From assembly GCA_963842945.1 (NCBI GenBank), contig CAWJIM010000023.1, positions 288,001 to 352,000 on the forward strand: DNA of 64,000 nucleotides, read 5' to 3'. Below are positions 21,114-30,114 of this stretch, piece by piece. The notes below the pieces were generated by a model. The model ran no database searches. It saw only the letters and a list, made by a program, of their open reading frames with translations, and had not been told where the DNA came from. The stretch is from an uncultured Gemmatimonadales bacterium. GTDB taxonomy: Bacteria > Gemmatimonadota > Gemmatimonadetes > Gemmatimonadales > GWC2-71-9. Position 1 is the first letter of the stretch. Each line of letters begins with the position of its first letter. The translations under genes and the position numbers were made by a program.

Positions 21114-22466
21114 ATGGCGGGTCTGCTGTCCAAGGAGCGCATCATTGCCGGGCCGAACTTCAATCGCTGGTTGGTTCCACCCGCGGCGCTGGCGATCCAT
21201 CTCAGCATTGGTCAGGCTTACGCCTTCAGTGTCTTCAAGCTTCCGTTGACCAAGGTCATCGGTATAAGCCAATCCGTTCCCGGCGACTGGAAGCAGACCC
21301 AACTGGCCTGGATCTTCACCATCGCGATCGTGTTTCTGGGACTCTCGGCTGCGGTGTTCGGCCGCTGGTTGGACCATGCCGGCCCCCGCAAGAGCGGGGT
21401 TGTTGCCGCCTGCTGCTGGGGCCTGGGCTTCTTCATCTCCGCCCTCGGCGTGTCGCTGCATAACATTTGGCTGATATATCTGGGCTATGGGGTTCTCGGC
21501 GGGTGCGGGCTGGGTCTCGGTTACATCACTCCCGTCTCTACCTTGATCAAATGGTTTCCCGACCGGCGGGGGATGGCCACCGGTATGGCGATCATGGGGT
21601 TCGGCGGGGGGGCGCTGATCGCGAGTCCGCTTTCCCAGCTGCTGCTGGACCGGTACAAGTCTGCCACATCAGTTGGTGTAGCAGAGACGTTCGTCACTCT
21701 GGGTACCATTTATCTCGTCGCGATGCTCTCGGGTGCATTCCTGTTCCGAGTTCCGGCACCCGGCTGGCGACCGGCGGGCTGGCTGCCGCCGGCTCCGAAT
21801 GCCCGGGGACTCATCACCCACCGTCAAGTCCACGTGGACGACGCCATCAAGACGGTTTCGTTCTACCTGCTGTGGGCGGTCCTGTTCCTGAACGTGACCG
21901 CGGGGATCGGCATCCTCGAGCAGGCCTCCCCCATGATCCAGGAGATGTTCAAGGGCCGGGTAAGAGCGGACGCCGCCGCCGGGTTCGTGGGATTGCTCAG
22001 CTTGTTCAACATGGCGGGGAGGTTTGGCTGGTCCTCGTTATCCGACCGCATCGGCCGGAAGGCCACCTACGCCGTGTTCCTTTCCCTCGGGCCGATTCTC
22101 TATGTCATTCTTCCGTACGCGGGACGGATCGGCAGCGTGGTGCTCTTCGTTTCAGCCGCGGTGTTGATCCTGACGATGTACGGAGGGGGATTCGCCACTA
22201 TTCCGGCTTACCTGTCGGACATCTTCGGCACTCAATACGTCGGCGCCATTCACGGCCGGCTGCTCACCGCATGGTCGGCCGCCGGCGTGGCTGGTCCGGT
22301 TCTGGTCAACTACATCCGGGAGTATCAGATCGAGCACGGCACCCCGGCCGCGCAGGCTTACAACATCACGATGTATCTGATGGCGGCCCTCCTTGTGGTC
22401 GGCTTCCTTTGCAATCTGGCGGTACGGCCGGTTCCTGATCGCTACTACATGGCGGAGGTCAGCTGA
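21114..22466 (+). CDS. OFA family MFS transporter (oxalate/formate/monocarboxylate type)
   Basis: FNRWLVPPAALAIHL, KWFPDRRGMATG, MYGGGFATIPAYL and IHGRLLTAWS motifs. Confidence 0.92.
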   Translation: MAGLLSKERIIAGPNFNRWLVPPAALAIHLSIGQAYAFSVFKLPLTKVIGISQSVPGDWKQTQLAWIFTIAIVFLGLSAAVFGRWLDHAGPRKSGVVAACCWGLGFFISALGVSLHNIWLIYLGYGVLGGCGLGLGYITPVSTLIKWFPDRRGMATGMAIMGFGGGALIASPLSQLLLDRYKSATSVGVAETFVTLGTIYLVAMLSGAFLFRVPAPGWRPAGWLPPAPNARGLITHRQVHVDDAIKTVSFYLLWAVLFLNVTAGIGILEQASPMIQEMFKGRVRADAAAGFVGLLSLFNMAGRFGWSSLSDRIGRKATYAVFLSLGPILYVILPYAGRIGSVVLFVSAAVLILTMYGGGFATIPAYLSDIFGTQYVGAIHGRLLTAWSAAGVAGPVLVNYIREYQIEHGTPAAQAYNITMYLMAALLVVGFLCNLAVRPVPDRYYMAEVS

Positions 22467-22579
22467 CCGACCCAGCGATCGCCTCGGCCAGGTCGTCACG
22501 CTAGCGTTGCATAGATATAGATCGCACTGAATAAACTATGCCGGACGACCTTCAGTCTTCATTGAGCAGGAGCGATTGA

Positions 22580-22719
22580 ATGAGCCCAGTCAACAACAAT
22601 GAACCCGGGTCCGAGCGGGGGGTGTGGCGGTGGTGCTGGTCGCCTGGCTTCTGGTATCGGTGCCACTCATCTGGGGAGTATGGCAAACGATCAAGAAAGC
22701 GTCCGTCCTGTTTCGCTAG
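22580..22719 (+). CDS. MFS transporter small subunit (frameshift in G run 22617-22622)
   Basis: After the G run the alternative frame reads VAVVLVAWLLVSVPLIWGVWQTIKKASVLFR*; AGGAG upstream of ATG 22580. Confidence 0.7.
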
Positions 22720-23030
22720 TGCAACCTTTTGCATCTCATTAGGTTGCATGATTATTCCACACCAAAAGCCCCTCCGGCGGCCAATTTAGGACTTGACGCC
22801 AGAACCGACCTCGTCAGATTGTAACCCGGTAAATACTTACAGCCACTGAACTAATCGGCGCCCCGGCGTTGGGCACCTCCCCCTTCGCGGCCTTGGCGCC
22901 GCAGTCATGATCAACGCAATAGAGACTTCCCATTACTACCGAGCCAGGCCCATCGGACATGATGTGGGCCTCGGCCTGCCGCTTGGCGGTGGGCCACGTC
23001 TTTGACCCTGCCCCCGAGGAGAGTGTGCCC

Positions 23031-24731
23031 ATGAGGACCAGATCCGGTTGGTGGATGACCCCCGTGCTCCTGGCCATGGCGGCGCCGGTTGCCGCGCAAG
23101 GCACCGGAGACTGGACCACGTATGGGGGCAACGATTGGAATCAGCGGTACTCGAAACTGAAAGCCATCACCACCGCCAATGTGTCGCGACTGGTTCCCCG
23201 GATGGTCTTTCAGACCGGTATCGCCAAGCTCGGGTCGTTCGAGAACACGCCCATCGTCACCAACGGTGTCATGTATGTAACGACTCCGTATAACACGGCG
23301 ATGGCGTATGATCTCACCACCCGGAAGGAGCTCTGGCGCTACGAGCACAAGCTGGGCACCACGATTTACTGCTGCGGCCCGAATAATCGCGGCTTCGGAA
23401 TTCATGGGGGCGCCCACCTCTACATGGGCACCCTGGACGCCCACCTGGTGGCGCTCAACGCCAAGGACGGCAAGGTCCTCTGGGACAAGGAAGTGGCCGA
23501 TCCGGCAGCGGGATACAGCATCACCCATGCGCCGCTCATCATCGGCGACAATGTGATTGTGGGCGTGTCGGGAGGCGAATATGGTATTCGCGGCCATGTC
23601 ACCGCCTACAACGCCATGACCGGCGATCAGGTCTGGCGCTGGTACTCGATTCCAGCTCCCAAAGGTGACCCGACGTTCGATGAGAAGGCGCCTAACGGTT
23701 GGTGGGGCACCTGGGCCCCCAAGGCCGAGGACAGCGATCTGCATCGGGACGTCGCAAAGGAGAAGGCAGACAGTGGGAGGTATGCCGACGCCTGGAAAGT
23801 TGGCGGTGGCGGCGTCTGGACCACGCCGGCCTATGACAAGGACCTGAACCTGATCTTCGTCTCAGTTGGCAACCCCTCACCCGACCTCGACGGCAGCGTG
23901 CGGCCCGGCGACAACCTCTACACCGACGCGATCGTGGCAATTGACGCCACCAGCGGCAAGACCAAGTGGTACTACCAGACAGTTCCCCACGATGTCTGGG
24001 ACCTGGATGCTACTTCGCCGCCGCTCGTCACCACCCTGGGTGGAAAAAAGGTCGTGGTGCACGCCGGCAAGACCGCCTGGGTCTACGTCCTCGACGCGGC
24101 CACAGGGGAGCTGGTCCGCAAGACCGAAAACTTTACTCCGCAAGAGAACATGTTCGCCCTGCCGACGGACAAAGGGACTCGGATGCTGCCCGGCGCCAAT
24201 GGTGGCTCGGAATGGTCCCCCATGTCGGTTGATCCGAATACTGGCTATGGCTTCGTGGCGGGCCTACACCAGCCGATGAACTACATCACGCACAACGCCC
24301 CGCTGGAGAAGGGCAAGCTCTGGCTGGGCTCCGCTTTCGTGGCCATTCCGGGTGAGGAGCAGTATGGCCTCTTCTCCGCGGTCAACCTCAAGACCGGCAA
24401 GATCGCCTGGCAGAACAAGGTTCCCCAGCCGATGATGGGCGGGTCCCTGGCCACCGCCGGCGGGCTCACCTTCACCGGCGAAGGCAACGGTAACTTCAAC
24501 GCTTACGACTCCAAAAGCGGGAAGCTCCTCTGGCAGTTCAATGCCGGCGCGGGATGCAACTCGGCTCCGATGACGTTCATGCACAAGGGTGAGCAGTTCA
24601 TTGGGGTCGCGTGCGGCGGAAACTTCCAGATCAGCTATCCATTGGGCGACGCGGTGTTCGTCTTCGGGCTCCCGGGTAAGTCTCCCGTTTCCGGAGCGCC
24701 CGCGTCCAGCGGCACGAACAAGAATCAGTGA
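23031..24731 (+). CDS. Periplasmic PQQ-dependent dehydrogenase, methanol/ethanol family (no heme c domain)
   Basis: DWTTYGG..NQRYS.L, ENTPIV, YCCGPNNRG, GGEYGIRG, GNPSP, PHDVWDLD, Trp-docking repeats; GAGGAG RBS and signal peptide. Confidence 0.92.
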   Translation: MRTRSGWWMTPVLLAMAAPVAAQGTGDWTTYGGNDWNQRYSKLKAITTANVSRLVPRMVFQTGIAKLGSFENTPIVTNGVMYVTTPYNTAMAYDLTTRKELWRYEHKLGTTIYCCGPNNRGFGIHGGAHLYMGTLDAHLVALNAKDGKVLWDKEVADPAAGYSITHAPLIIGDNVIVGVSGGEYGIRGHVTAYNAMTGDQVWRWYSIPAPKGDPTFDEKAPNGWWGTWAPKAEDSDLHRDVAKEKADSGRYADAWKVGGGGVWTTPAYDKDLNLIFVSVGNPSPDLDGSVRPGDNLYTDAIVAIDATSGKTKWYYQTVPHDVWDLDATSPPLVTTLGGKKVVVHAGKTAWVYVLDAATGELVRKTENFTPQENMFALPTDKGTRMLPGANGGSEWSPMSVDPNTGYGFVAGLHQPMNYITHNAPLEKGKLWLGSAFVAIPGEEQYGLFSAVNLKTGKIAWQNKVPQPMMGGSLATAGGLTFTGEGNGNFNAYDSKSGKLLWQFNAGAGCNSAPMTFMHKGEQFIGVACGGNFQISYPLGDAVFVFGLPGKSPVSGAPASSGTNKNQ

Positions 24732-24742
24732 GCCACTCGCGC

Positions 24743-24786
24743 CGGCAGCGAGGCCTCCTCGTGAGGCCTCCTGCCGACCGTTTTTT
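24743..24786 (+). terminator. Putative intrinsic terminator after the PQQ dehydrogenase
   Basis: CGGCAG-C-GAGGCCTC / GAGGCCTC-CTGCCG stem followed 4 nt later by T6. Confidence 0.5.
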
Positions 24787-24792
24787 GAGACG

Positions 24793-25191
24793 ATGACCGT
24801 CGGCCAATGGGGATGGATGGTCTTGATTGCGGGATCCTTCGCAGCCAGCAGCCGGCTCCCGCTGGATCCGGGGCCTGAGTGGCTCAACGTCAACGGCAAC
24901 GACTGGCGAAAGATGGAGCCGAAGACGCGGCTGGCCTACATCGAGGGATTCCTGGCAGGAGCGGCGTTGGGCCAGGCCGCTCAAGGGGCTCGGGACACAG
25001 CAGCGGTCCGAACCGAGCTCGACGCGTTACGCCGAAGTGGAGGCCTGCGTTTTCCCTTCGGCGCCCATGTGTACGAGAGTCGGGTAAATGATTACTACTG
25101 GTGGAAAAACCACCTCCCCCTGCCCACGTGGTACGCTTTCCTGGAGGTGAATGCAACGTTCGGTCGTCATTTATCGGATTCAGTGCCTTGA
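24793..25191 (+). CDS. Hypothetical exported helical protein
   Basis: Hydrophobic N-terminus; NGNDWRKM...RLAYIEGFLAG segment. Confidence 0.55.
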   Translation: MTVGQWGWMVLIAGSFAASSRLPLDPGPEWLNVNGNDWRKMEPKTRLAYIEGFLAGAALGQAAQGARDTAAVRTELDALRRSGGLRFPFGAHVYESRVNDYYWWKNHLPLPTWYAFLEVNATFGRHLSDSVP

Positions 25192-25272
25192 ATGGATGTT
25201 GCTGGAACGACGGTTGGTTTCCGGGTTAGGCGGTCGTTGGCGGGTCATCCTTACTATGAGGGAGACGCACCT

Positions 25273-26496
25273 ATGAAGCGAGTCGCACTGTTGTGTTTGG
25301 GTCTGGCGGTGGGAGCGGCGAGCGTCGCCGAGGCACAGCTGACGATGCAAATGAGCAACGGCTGGTCCTTCACGTTTTCCGGCAACGTGAACGCGTTTGC
25401 GATTTACGAGTCCACCAGCGACGATGGCGGCACGCTGGGAGCCCCGGGTGGACTGATCGGTATCGGCGGCAAGGGCTTCAACGTGAGAACCGGCCTCCTG
25501 CCTGCCTTTGCCGTGTTCGATGCGAAGGGCAAGGAAGGGAACACCGACCTCGGCGTGCACTTCGGGTTTGCCCCGCAGATTCAGTGCGGTGGCCAGGCCC
25601 ATGACTGCTTCGGCGCCCAGATCGATATGCGTCAGGTGTACCTGACTGTCGGCGGAACCTGGGGCCAGATTCTGGCCGGCCGTGAAATCGGTCTGTTCAA
25701 CCGGCAGAACATCCTGACCGACCAGACCCTGTTCGGCGTCGGGGCCACCGGCGGCATCAATGGTGGCGGCACCACGCTGGGCCGCATCGGCTTCGGGTAT
25801 ATCTATCCGAATTTCGTGGCTCAGATGACCTACTCGACTCCGGCCGGCAGAAGCACACAGCTGTCGATCGGTTTGTTCCAGCCCTCGGCACTCAATAGCG
25901 ATGCCGGGACCGCCTACGGCCAGACCGAGGTTCCTCGGCTGGAAGCGGAGCTAACCCTGAAACCCGGCGACCTCCTGCTGTGGCTCAACGGGACCGCCCA
26001 GAATGCCAAGAATGCTGTGGCTGACGAGACCAAGACCGCGGTAGGCGCCGGCGGTGGGTTCCGCTTTGGCAAGACCAGGTTCTCCCTCACGGGCTCCGGC
26101 TACTTCGGCAAGGGCATCGGTACCACCCTGCAGTTCAACGGCGTGGGTGGCTGCGATGCGGTTGCCGGCTGCGGCCCGGTCCAGGGCATCGGCGTGGGGA
26201 GCGACGGCGAGCTCAGAGACTCCTACGGCTTCATCGGCCAGCTCACCTTTACGCCGTCGGACAGCAAGCTCACGGTTGCCGCCAGCTACGGTTCGAGCTT
26301 CCTCAAGTCAACCGACGGCGAGCCTATCGCCTTCAAGACGGAGAACACCCTGATCTCGGGTGGCCTCTATTACCAGGCTACCAAGTCCCTCAAGGTGGTC
26401 GGAGAGGGTAACTACGCCTGGACCAAGGAACACGAGAGCGGGGCCGACGAGAACAAGACCTTTGCCCCAGCGATCGGCCTGATGTTGTTCTTCTAG
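25273..26496 (+). CDS. Outer membrane porin
   Basis: Signal peptide AEA-Q, amphipathic beta strands, RQVYLTVGGTWGQILAGR, C-terminal Phe. Confidence 0.85.
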   Translation: MKRVALLCLGLAVGAASVAEAQLTMQMSNGWSFTFSGNVNAFAIYESTSDDGGTLGAPGGLIGIGGKGFNVRTGLLPAFAVFDAKGKEGNTDLGVHFGFAPQIQCGGQAHDCFGAQIDMRQVYLTVGGTWGQILAGREIGLFNRQNILTDQTLFGVGATGGINGGGTTLGRIGFGYIYPNFVAQMTYSTPAGRSTQLSIGLFQPSALNSDAGTAYGQTEVPRLEAELTLKPGDLLLWLNGTAQNAKNAVADETKTAVGAGGGFRFGKTRFSLTGSGYFGKGIGTTLQFNGVGGCDAVAGCGPVQGIGVGSDGELRDSYGFIGQLTFTPSDSKLTVAASYGSSFLKSTDGEPIAFKTENTLISGGLYYQATKSLKVVGEGNYAWTKEHESGADENKTFAPAIGLMLFF

Positions 26497-26518
26497 CTCC
26501 ATCGCGGGTGCGTCAGAG

Positions 26519-26549
26519 AACGGCCTCCCTCAGCGGAGGCCGTTTTTTT
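26519..26549 (+). terminator. Intrinsic terminator
   Basis: AACGGCCTCC / GGAGGCCGTT stem running into T7. Confidence 0.85.
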
Positions 26550-26604
26550 GTTCGATCTCGAGCCGCGTTACATTACGTCCAACCTTTGCCGATCGGAGCA
26601 CTGC

Positions 26605-27018
26605 ATGCGGTACCGCTGGTGGGTCGGGACCCTCCTGCTTTTGCCTGCCTGTAGCCAGCACTACGCAGCGCCTGACAGCGTCCAGACCTCCGCCGGTCCG
26701 GATGCGGCGTTCGACTGCGTGAAGCGCCAGCTGCCCACTCTAGACTACAAGCAGCGCTCGATCGATGTGGCGGAGCACCGGATTACCGCCCAGAAGTACG
26801 ACCTCGAAGCCCGTCGGTCTGACGTGCAGTTCCGACGGCTGATACACCGCATGGAAATCGAGGTCGGAGCCAACGCCGGAGGCCAGACCAGCATCGACGT
26901 GATAAGCCATACCATTGCGGAGTACACCACTCAGCGGGGACCCACCGAGGTGGAAGAGAAAGCCGCAGCAGATGTTAAGGAAGACGCGCAGAAGCTTTTG
27001 AAGGCCTGCCATGGCTAG
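26605..27018 (+). CDS. Hypothetical lipoprotein
   Basis: GGAG RBS; MRYRWW...LLLLPAC lipobox. Confidence 0.65.
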   Translation: MRYRWWVGTLLLLPACSQHYAAPDSVQTSAGPDAAFDCVKRQLPTLDYKQRSIDVAEHRITAQKYDLEARRSDVQFRRLIHRMEIEVGANAGGQTSIDVISHTIAEYTTQRGPTEVEEKAAADVKEDAQKLLKACHG

Positions 27019-27079
27019 CTCGGAGCCACGACTCTCGACTAGCTTCCTTTGATGCGATCTCGGCACCTAAGGAGATGAC

Positions 27080-28042
27080 GTGGCGGTTCCTCTGGTCCAA
27101 CTGACTCGATTCCCTTCCCCGTCAGGCACACTCGGCTCCGCGTCGGTCAATCCGGTGCGCAAGCCGAGCTGGCTCAAGGTCAAGGCGCCAGGGGGGCCGA
27201 ACTACGCGCACATCAAGAGTCTCATGCGTGAGCTGGAGCTTCACACGGTGTGCGAGGAAGCCCGTTGCCCCAACGTGGGCGAATGCTGGGAGCACAAGGC
27301 AGCCACCTTCATGATCCTGGGAGACGTGTGCACCCGGAACTGCACCTACTGCGCCGTTGCCCATGGAACTCCAAAGGCCTTCGATCCGCTGGAACCGGTT
27401 CGGTTGGCTGAAGCCGTCGCCCGAATGGAGCTCCAGCATGTGGTGATCACGTCGGTGGACCGCGACGATCTGCCCAACGGCGGAGCGGAGGCCTTTGCCG
27501 GCTGTATCACCGAAATCCGACGGCGGCTACCTGATACCACAGTCGAGGTATTGATCCCTGATTTCAAAGGCTCCGAACGCGCGCTTTCGATCGTGATGGA
27601 GGCTCGGCCCGATATTCTGAATCACAATCTGGAAACCGCCGAGCGGCTTTATCGACTGGCCCGACCCGGAGGCCGCTACCCCCGGGCGCTGGACCTGCTG
27701 GCCCGAGCGAGGCGGATGCGGCCCGACGGCCTCACCAAATCGGGCATCATCCTGGGAATGGGTGAGGAGTGGGACGAGGTGGTCGTCTGCATGCGGGACC
27801 TCCGTCGCAGCGACGTCAACATCCTGACGCTGGGACAATATCTTCGGCCGTCTGGAAGTCACATGCCTGTCGCGCGGTACTACACTCCAGCGGAATTCGA
27901 CGAGCTGAGAGACATCGGCCTCAACCTCGGCTTTACTCACGTGCAATCCAGTCCGCTCACCCGCTCCTCCTATCATGCGTGGGAACAGGCACGAGCCGCG
28001 ACGAAGGATCTCTCCGTTGTGAGCGGGGTCGATAGTGGCTGA
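27080..28042 (+). CDS. lipA: Lipoyl synthase
   Basis: CEEARCPNVGEC, CTRNCTYC and RSSYHA motifs. Confidence 0.97.
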   Translation: MAVPLVQLTRFPSPSGTLGSASVNPVRKPSWLKVKAPGGPNYAHIKSLMRELELHTVCEEARCPNVGECWEHKAATFMILGDVCTRNCTYCAVAHGTPKAFDPLEPVRLAEAVARMELQHVVITSVDRDDLPNGGAEAFAGCITEIRRRLPDTTVEVLIPDFKGSERALSIVMEARPDILNHNLETAERLYRLARPGGRYPRALDLLARARRMRPDGLTKSGIILGMGEEWDEVVVCMRDLRRSDVNILTLGQYLRPSGSHMPVARYYTPAEFDELRDIGLNLGFTHVQSSPLTRSSYHAWEQARAATKDLSVVSGVDSG

Positions 28043-29075
28043 GTCTACCGCAGCCCGGCCCAAGGCCAGGTCCAAGGGACTCGATCCCGCTCGAGCGGAC
28101 GAGTACCGCCGGTGGCTCCGCGAGATGATGCTGATTCGCCGGTTCGAGGAGAAGGCGGGTGAAGCCTACAGCCTCGGCAAGATCGGGGGCTTCTGTCATC
28201 TCTACATTGGACAGGAAGCTGTTGCGGTCGGCAGTCTGGCCGCTTTGGGCCCGGACGACTACATCACCTGCTCCTATCGCGAGCACGGGCACGCGCTGGC
28301 ACGAGGGATATCGGCCCGTGCAGTGATGGCTGAGCTGTTCGGCAAGGCCGACGGGTGCTCCGGCGGCAAGGGCGGCTCGATGCACCTGTTCGATGCCTCG
28401 CTCGGCTTTCTGGGTGGGCACGGGATCGTGGGAGGCCACATACCGCTCACCACCGGGATGGCGTTCGCCGCCAAATACCGCAACACCTCTCAGGTGGCGG
28501 TCTGCTACTTCGGCGAGGCGGCGGTCAACAACGGTGCCTTCCACGAAGCGCTCAACATGGCCGCGCTGTGGAAGCTCCCCGCGATCTACCTCTGCGAGAA
28601 CAATCGCTATGGCATGGGTACGGCTCTCGAGCGGGCCAGCGCCCTGTATGACATCTCCGAGCGGGCCTGCTCCTATGACATGGCCAACGAGGTGGTGGAC
28701 GGGCAGGATGTGCTCACCATGAACGCAGCCATGGAACGCGCGGTTCAGCGCGCCAGGACTGATAAGCACCCCACCCTGCTCGAGGTTCGCACCTACCGAT
28801 TCATGGGCCACTCCATGTCGGACCCGATTCACGGCCACTATCGCACCCGAGAAGAAGTCGAGGATCAGCGCAAGCGCGATCCCATCACGGTCTGGTCCCA
28901 CCGGCTGATAGAGGACGGTCTCATGGACGAGCCTGCGGTGCGGGCCATGGACAAGGAGGTGCTGGAAGAGGTGGACGACGCCTATCAGTTTGCCGATCAG
29001 GCACCAGATCCCGACCCGAATGAGTTGTATACCGATGTCTACGCGGGGGAGAACAGCGTAAACGGTAAACGGTAA
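28035..29075 (+). CDS. pdhA: Pyruvate dehydrogenase E1 alpha
   Basis: GFCHLYIGQEA, GKGGSMH, GEAAVNNG and TYRFMGHSMSDP motifs. Confidence 0.96.
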   Translation: MAESTAARPKARSKGLDPARADEYRRWLREMMLIRRFEEKAGEAYSLGKIGGFCHLYIGQEAVAVGSLAALGPDDYITCSYREHGHALARGISARAVMAELFGKADGCSGGKGGSMHLFDASLGFLGGHGIVGGHIPLTTGMAFAAKYRNTSQVAVCYFGEAAVNNGAFHEALNMAALWKLPAIYLCENNRYGMGTALERASALYDISERACSYDMANEVVDGQDVLTMNAAMERAVQRARTDKHPTLLEVRTYRFMGHSMSDPIHGHYRTREEVEDQRKRDPITVWSHRLIEDGLMDEPAVRAMDKEVLEEVDDAYQFADQAPDPDPNELYTDVYAGENSVNGKR

Positions 29076-29126
29076 ACGGTGAAGGGGCAGCAGCTCCCAT
29101 TCACTGTTCACCGTTCACCGTTCACC
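29058..29126. repeat. Inverted pair of heptamer tandem arrays
   Basis: (GTAAACG)3-GTGAAGG, spacer, then CATTCAC-TGTTCAC-(CGTTCAC)2. Confidence 0.85.
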
Positions 29127-29130
29127 TATC

Positions 29131-30111
29131 ATGGCCATCATCACCTATCGCGACGCGCTGAATCAGGCTCTCCGGGAGGAGATGCAGCGGGATGACTCGG
29201 TCTTCCTCATGGGCGAGGAGGTCGGGGTCTATCAGGGTGCCTACAAGGTCAGCCGTGGGCTGCTCGACGAATTCGGACCTAACCGCGTGGTCGACACCCC
29301 GATCACCGAGCTGGGGTTCGCCGGAGTCGGGGTTGGCGCTGCCATGGTGGGGCTCCGGCCGGTCATCGAGTTCATGACCTGGAACTTCGCGCTCCTCGCG
29401 GTGGATCAGCTGGTCAACTCCGCCGCCAAGATGCGCTACATGTCCAACGGTCAGGTGGGAGTGCCTGCCGTGTTCCGTGGCCCTGGTGGATCGGCGCTGC
29501 AGCTGGCCGCCCAGCACTCCCAGGCATTCGAGAGCTGGTATTCCCACGTGCCGGGGCTCAAAGTGGTGATGCCCGCGACGCCGGCAGATGCAAAGGGCCT
29601 GCTCAAAAGCGCCATTCGGGATGATGATCCCATCGTGTTCATCGAGGGCGAGATGCTGTACAACACCAAGGGCGAAGTGCCCGAGGGAGAGCACATCGTG
29701 CCCATCGGCCAGGCGGACGTCAAGCGTGAAGGGGCCGACGTCACCCTCATCTGCCACTCCAAGACGGTGAGTGTCGCTCTGAAGGCAGCCGACCAGCTCG
29801 CGGCAGATGGCATCAACGCCGAGGTAATCGACCTGCGCACCATCAGACCCTTGGACGGCGAATCGATTTTGAACTCGGTGGCCAAGACTCACCGCTGCGT
29901 CGTGGTAGAAGAAGGCTGGCCCTTCGCCGGCGTCGGGGCTCAGGTGGTTGACACGATTCAACGCGAGGCCTTTGACGAGCTCGACGCGCCCATTCTCCGG
30001 GTAACCGGCGCCGACGTCCCCATGCCGTATAACAAGCAATTGGAGAAGGCGGCCAAGGCGGATCCGGCCAAAGTCGTGGCCGCGGTCAATCAGGTGTTGT
30101 ATAGGGAGTGA
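29131..30111 (+). CDS. pdhB: Pyruvate dehydrogenase E1 beta
   Basis: GEEVG.YQGAYKVS, DTPITE, AAQHSQ and IDLRTIRPLD motifs. Confidence 0.96.
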   Translation: MAIITYRDALNQALREEMQRDDSVFLMGEEVGVYQGAYKVSRGLLDEFGPNRVVDTPITELGFAGVGVGAAMVGLRPVIEFMTWNFALLAVDQLVNSAAKMRYMSNGQVGVPAVFRGPGGSALQLAAQHSQAFESWYSHVPGLKVVMPATPADAKGLLKSAIRDDDPIVFIEGEMLYNTKGEVPEGEHIVPIGQADVKREGADVTLICHSKTVSVALKAADQLAADGINAEVIDLRTIRPLDGESILNSVAKTHRCVVVEEGWPFAGVGAQVVDTIQREAFDELDAPILRVTGADVPMPYNKQLEKAAKADPAKVVAAVNQVLYRE

Positions 30112-30114
30112 TCA

